Origin: Deltaproteobacteria bacterium
GTDB taxonomy: Bacteria > Desulfobacterota > Binatia > UBA12015
DNA: 40,338 bases
NCBI GenBank assembly: GCA_046583355.1
Contig: JAYGCM010000014.1
Coordinates: forward strand, 1-40,338
Direction: 5' to 3'
In this document: one piece after another, positions 37,728 to 40,338 of the stretch
How the letters are laid out: every line of letters begins with the position of its first letter
How positions within the stretch are numbered: position 1 is the first letter of the stretch
Position numbers and translations under genes: made by a program
The notes under the pieces: model-generated
The model's input: only the letters and a program-made list of their open reading frames with translations
Told to the model about the DNA's origin: nothing
Database searches by the model: none

Positions 37728-40223
37728 ATGAGGCAACCACCTCCGCGTATGCTCCCTCCGGGCGCACAGCTGCCGGCTCTGCCGGCCGACGTCGCCCCGA
37801 GTCCCATCCACCTCGATATCCCTGTCGACCCCTACGCGACAGAAGAAGAACCTCGCTTCCTGGAATATTGGCGTCTGCTCAAGGCCAGTTGGCATTGGGT
37901 TGCGGCCGGCGCTGGTGGCGCGGTCTTCCTTGCGCTGATCTATGTGCTGGTTGCCACACCGCTCTTTACCGCTGAGTCCAAGATCATGATCGAGCGGCGC
38001 ACCCAGAACGCGCTCAACGTCCAGGAATTGCTGGCCGACGGCATGAGCGGCGACGAGTCCAATTATTATCGTACCCAGGAGCAGATCCTGCGCTCGCGCA
38101 CGCTGGCGGTGGATGTCATTCGCACGCTCGGGCTCGATCGCAACCCGGATTTCATCGAGCAGCAAGGCGGCGCCGACGGCCTCGTTTCGGGCTGGCTGGC
38201 CGGCGTTAAGGGGCTTTTCAGCAGTGCGGGCGCGGAACACCTCGACCCCTCCGGCATCTCGGCTGATGTGATCCGCAAATACCAGGAAGACCTCTCGGTT
38301 TCCCCGGTAACCCGTACCAAGCTTGCCGTGGTGCGCTTCACCACGGCCGATGCCGTACTTTCGGCCGAGATCGCCAACCAGCATGTGCGCGCCTATATCT
38401 CCCAGGGCTTGCGCCTACGCAGCGATGCCAGCGAAGAGGCGCGCGGTTTCCTTGACGAGAAGCTCGTCGAGATCAAACAAAAATTGCACTCGTCCGAAGC
38501 CGCCCTGAACGCCTACCGACGCGACAAGGGCATCATTACGCTGAACGACAAAGACAGCATCGTGGTCGACCGTCTCGGCGACCTGAACGACCTGCTGACC
38601 GAGGCCGAGTCCACGCGCATTACGCTGGAAGCCGATGTGAAGCTGATTCAGGGCCGTGCCTACGACTCGCTGCCGGCGGTGGCGAACTCGACCCTGATCC
38701 AGGCTTTGAAATCACAACTTGCTCTGAAAGAAGGCGAGTACGTCGAACTGGCCGCGCAATTCAAGCCGGCCTACCCGCCGGTGCTCCAGGCCAAGGCCGA
38801 GGTCGATGCCTTGGAGAAGCGCCTGCAGACGGAAATCCAACAGGTGGTCGCCTCGATCGAGTCGCGATTCCTCGCCTCGGCCGACCGCGAACAGGCCCTG
38901 CGCGAGACCATGGATGTGCAGAAAGAAAGAGTCCTCAATATGAAGGACGCCGGCGTGCAATACGCCATCTTGGAGCGCGAGACCGATACCAACAAGCACC
39001 TCTATGACGATATCCTGCAGCGCATGAAGGAGATTGGCGTGGCCGCCGCTGTGCAGGCCTCCAACGTGTCGATCATCGACAAGGCCGTGCCGCCCGAGCA
39101 GCGCTCTTCGCCGCGCCGTCTGCGCGCCCTGCTGCTGGCTTTGATGGCCGGCACGGGCCTGGGTGCCGGACTGGTGCTGGGTCGCGACTTCCTCGACAAC
39201 TCGGTCAAGAACTCCGAGGACGTAGAGCGCTACCTGCACCTGCCGAGCCTCGGTGTCGTGCCTGATTTCGATGCCTTGCCCGACCATACCGGCAACCAGG
39301 CCTACGGCTACGGCTCGCGCATCCGCAAGGCGAAGGCCGCGGCAGCAACGCCGATCGCGGCCAATGAAGACGCCGTTCTGGGCGCGGACGAGGACCTCGG
39401 GTCGGCCGAGCCTGCCGCCCATGCTTCTGCGGGCGCCTTGGCCGAGCCGAATATCGATGCCAACGGCCAGATGCAGCTGGTGGGCACCGTACCGCATACC
39501 GACGGCTCGCTTGTGCTCGCGCAGGGCACGGACTCGGTGGTGGCCGAGGCCTACCGCACGCTACGCACCGCGCTGCTCTTCTCCACGCCGGAGCAGGCGC
39601 CGCAAACAATGCTGTTCACCAGCGCGCTGGAGTCCGAGGGCAAGACCACGACGAGCCTCAATACGGCCATCGTCTTTGCCCGCCTGGGTGCCCGCGTACT
39701 CATCATCGACGCCGATATGAGGCGCGCCAGCTGCCACCGCCGCTTCGGCGTTGCCAATGACTATGGCCTCTCCGAGGTGCTGACCGGCCAACGCGATTTC
39801 GACGAAGTCGTCGTGAAAACATCGGTCGAAGGTGTGTTCATGCTCACTGCCGGCTCGCTGCCGCCCAACCCCACCGAGCTATTGGCCTCGGATACCATGC
39901 GCGAGTTGTTCGCCACCTGCGCCGAACATTTCGACTACGTAATCGTCGACTCGCCGCCCGTTATGGCCGTGAACGACGCGGTTGTCATGGGCAATATGGT
40001 CGATGGCGTCGTGTTGGTCGTGCGTGCCCACCATACGCCGCGCCAGATCCTGCAACGCGCCGAGGCCCGACTTCTGCAGGCTCGCAGCCATGTGCTGGGC
40101 GTGCTGCTGAACAGGGTCGACGCGAGTACCGATCATTACGCGACCTATTACGGCGGCAAATATTACTCGGCATACTACGCCAGTAACGAGACCCGAGGCG
40201 GCGACGGCGGCATGCCGGCCTGA
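37728..40223 (+). CDS. wzc: Polysaccharide co-polymerase / tyrosine autokinase
   Basis: Two TM segments flanking a coiled coil; EAYRTLRT, SEGKTT, IDADMRR, DSPP; C-terminal Tyr cluster. Confidence 0.93.
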   Translation: MRQPPPRMLPPGAQLPALPADVAPSPIHLDIPVDPYATEEEPRFLEYWRLLKASWHWVAAGAGGAVFLALIYVLVATPLFTAESKIMIERRTQNALNVQELLADGMSGDESNYYRTQEQILRSRTLAVDVIRTLGLDRNPDFIEQQGGADGLVSGWLAGVKGLFSSAGAEHLDPSGISADVIRKYQEDLSVSPVTRTKLAVVRFTTADAVLSAEIANQHVRAYISQGLRLRSDASEEARGFLDEKLVEIKQKLHSSEAALNAYRRDKGIITLNDKDSIVVDRLGDLNDLLTEAESTRITLEADVKLIQGRAYDSLPAVANSTLIQALKSQLALKEGEYVELAAQFKPAYPPVLQAKAEVDALEKRLQTEIQQVVASIESRFLASADREQALRETMDVQKERVLNMKDAGVQYAILERETDTNKHLYDDILQRMKEIGVAAAVQASNVSIIDKAVPPEQRSSPRRLRALLLALMAGTGLGAGLVLGRDFLDNSVKNSEDVERYLHLPSLGVVPDFDALPDHTGNQAYGYGSRIRKAKAAAATPIAANEDAVLGADEDLGSAEPAAHASAGALAEPNIDANGQMQLVGTVPHTDGSLVLAQGTDSVVAEAYRTLRTALLFSTPEQAPQTMLFTSALESEGKTTTSLNTAIVFARLGARVLIIDADMRRASCHRRFGVANDYGLSEVLTGQRDFDEVVVKTSVEGVFMLTAGSLPPNPTELLASDTMRELFATCAEHFDYVIVDSPPVMAVNDAVVMGNMVDGVVLVVRAHHTPRQILQRAEARLLQARSHVLGVLLNRVDASTDHYATYYGGKYYSAYYASNETRGGDGGMPA

Positions 40224-40237
40224 ACCAAAGGTCCCTG

Positions 40238-40338
40238 TTGATTCCCGCCAGCCGCCATAGCCGACGAGTTCGTCGCGAGAAGATCGCCGGGCTTTGCGAC
40301 CTCGCCGTCACCAGCGGCCTGATCTTCATGGTTGTCTT
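40238..40338 (+). CDS. 5' end of a probable membrane protein of the polysaccharide locus (possibly O-antigen ligase/polymerase family), cut by the window edge
   Basis: Open frame from TTG 40238: MIPASRHSRRVRREKIAGLCDLAVTSGLIFMVV, basic then hydrophobic. Confidence 0.4.
   Translation, partial: MIPASRHSRRVRREKIAGLCDLAVTSGLIFMVV

Overview
A GC-rich bacterial chromosomal window with no phage, CRISPR or rRNA. The cysteine-rich secreted proteins, DUF1566 architecture, F420-type LLM enzyme and acyl-CoA dehydrogenases resemble Candidatus Binatia or Myxococcota-like organisms (inference only). In order it holds: a six-gene TtpC-type TonB operon; tRNA-Val(CAC); a glycan locus with two Wzm/Wzt ABC exporters and glycosyltransferases; an 83-bp CTCA/CT microsatellite beside a truncated RAYT/IS200-like transposase and a dispersed repeat family; xth, an SDR, acyl-CoA dehydrogenases and a pectinacetylesterase-family lipoprotein; tRNA-Gly(CCC); a GT2, a decayed chemoreceptor-like remnant, DUF368, an LLM oxidoreductase, a biotin carrier and frmA; two secreted Cys-rich proteins; DUF502, DUF1501/DUF1800 and a serine hydrolase; and the start of a Wza/Wzc polysaccharide locus. 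The main observation is that the two secreted proteins, whose main domains differ, end in the same tail, S-x-SQAFL-xx-PASLMD-stop, a candidate undescribed C-terminal sorting signal. One carrier appears to fuse an atypical cytochrome c to a PHM-like copper monooxygenase. All family assignments come from reading motifs by eye; no database search was run.
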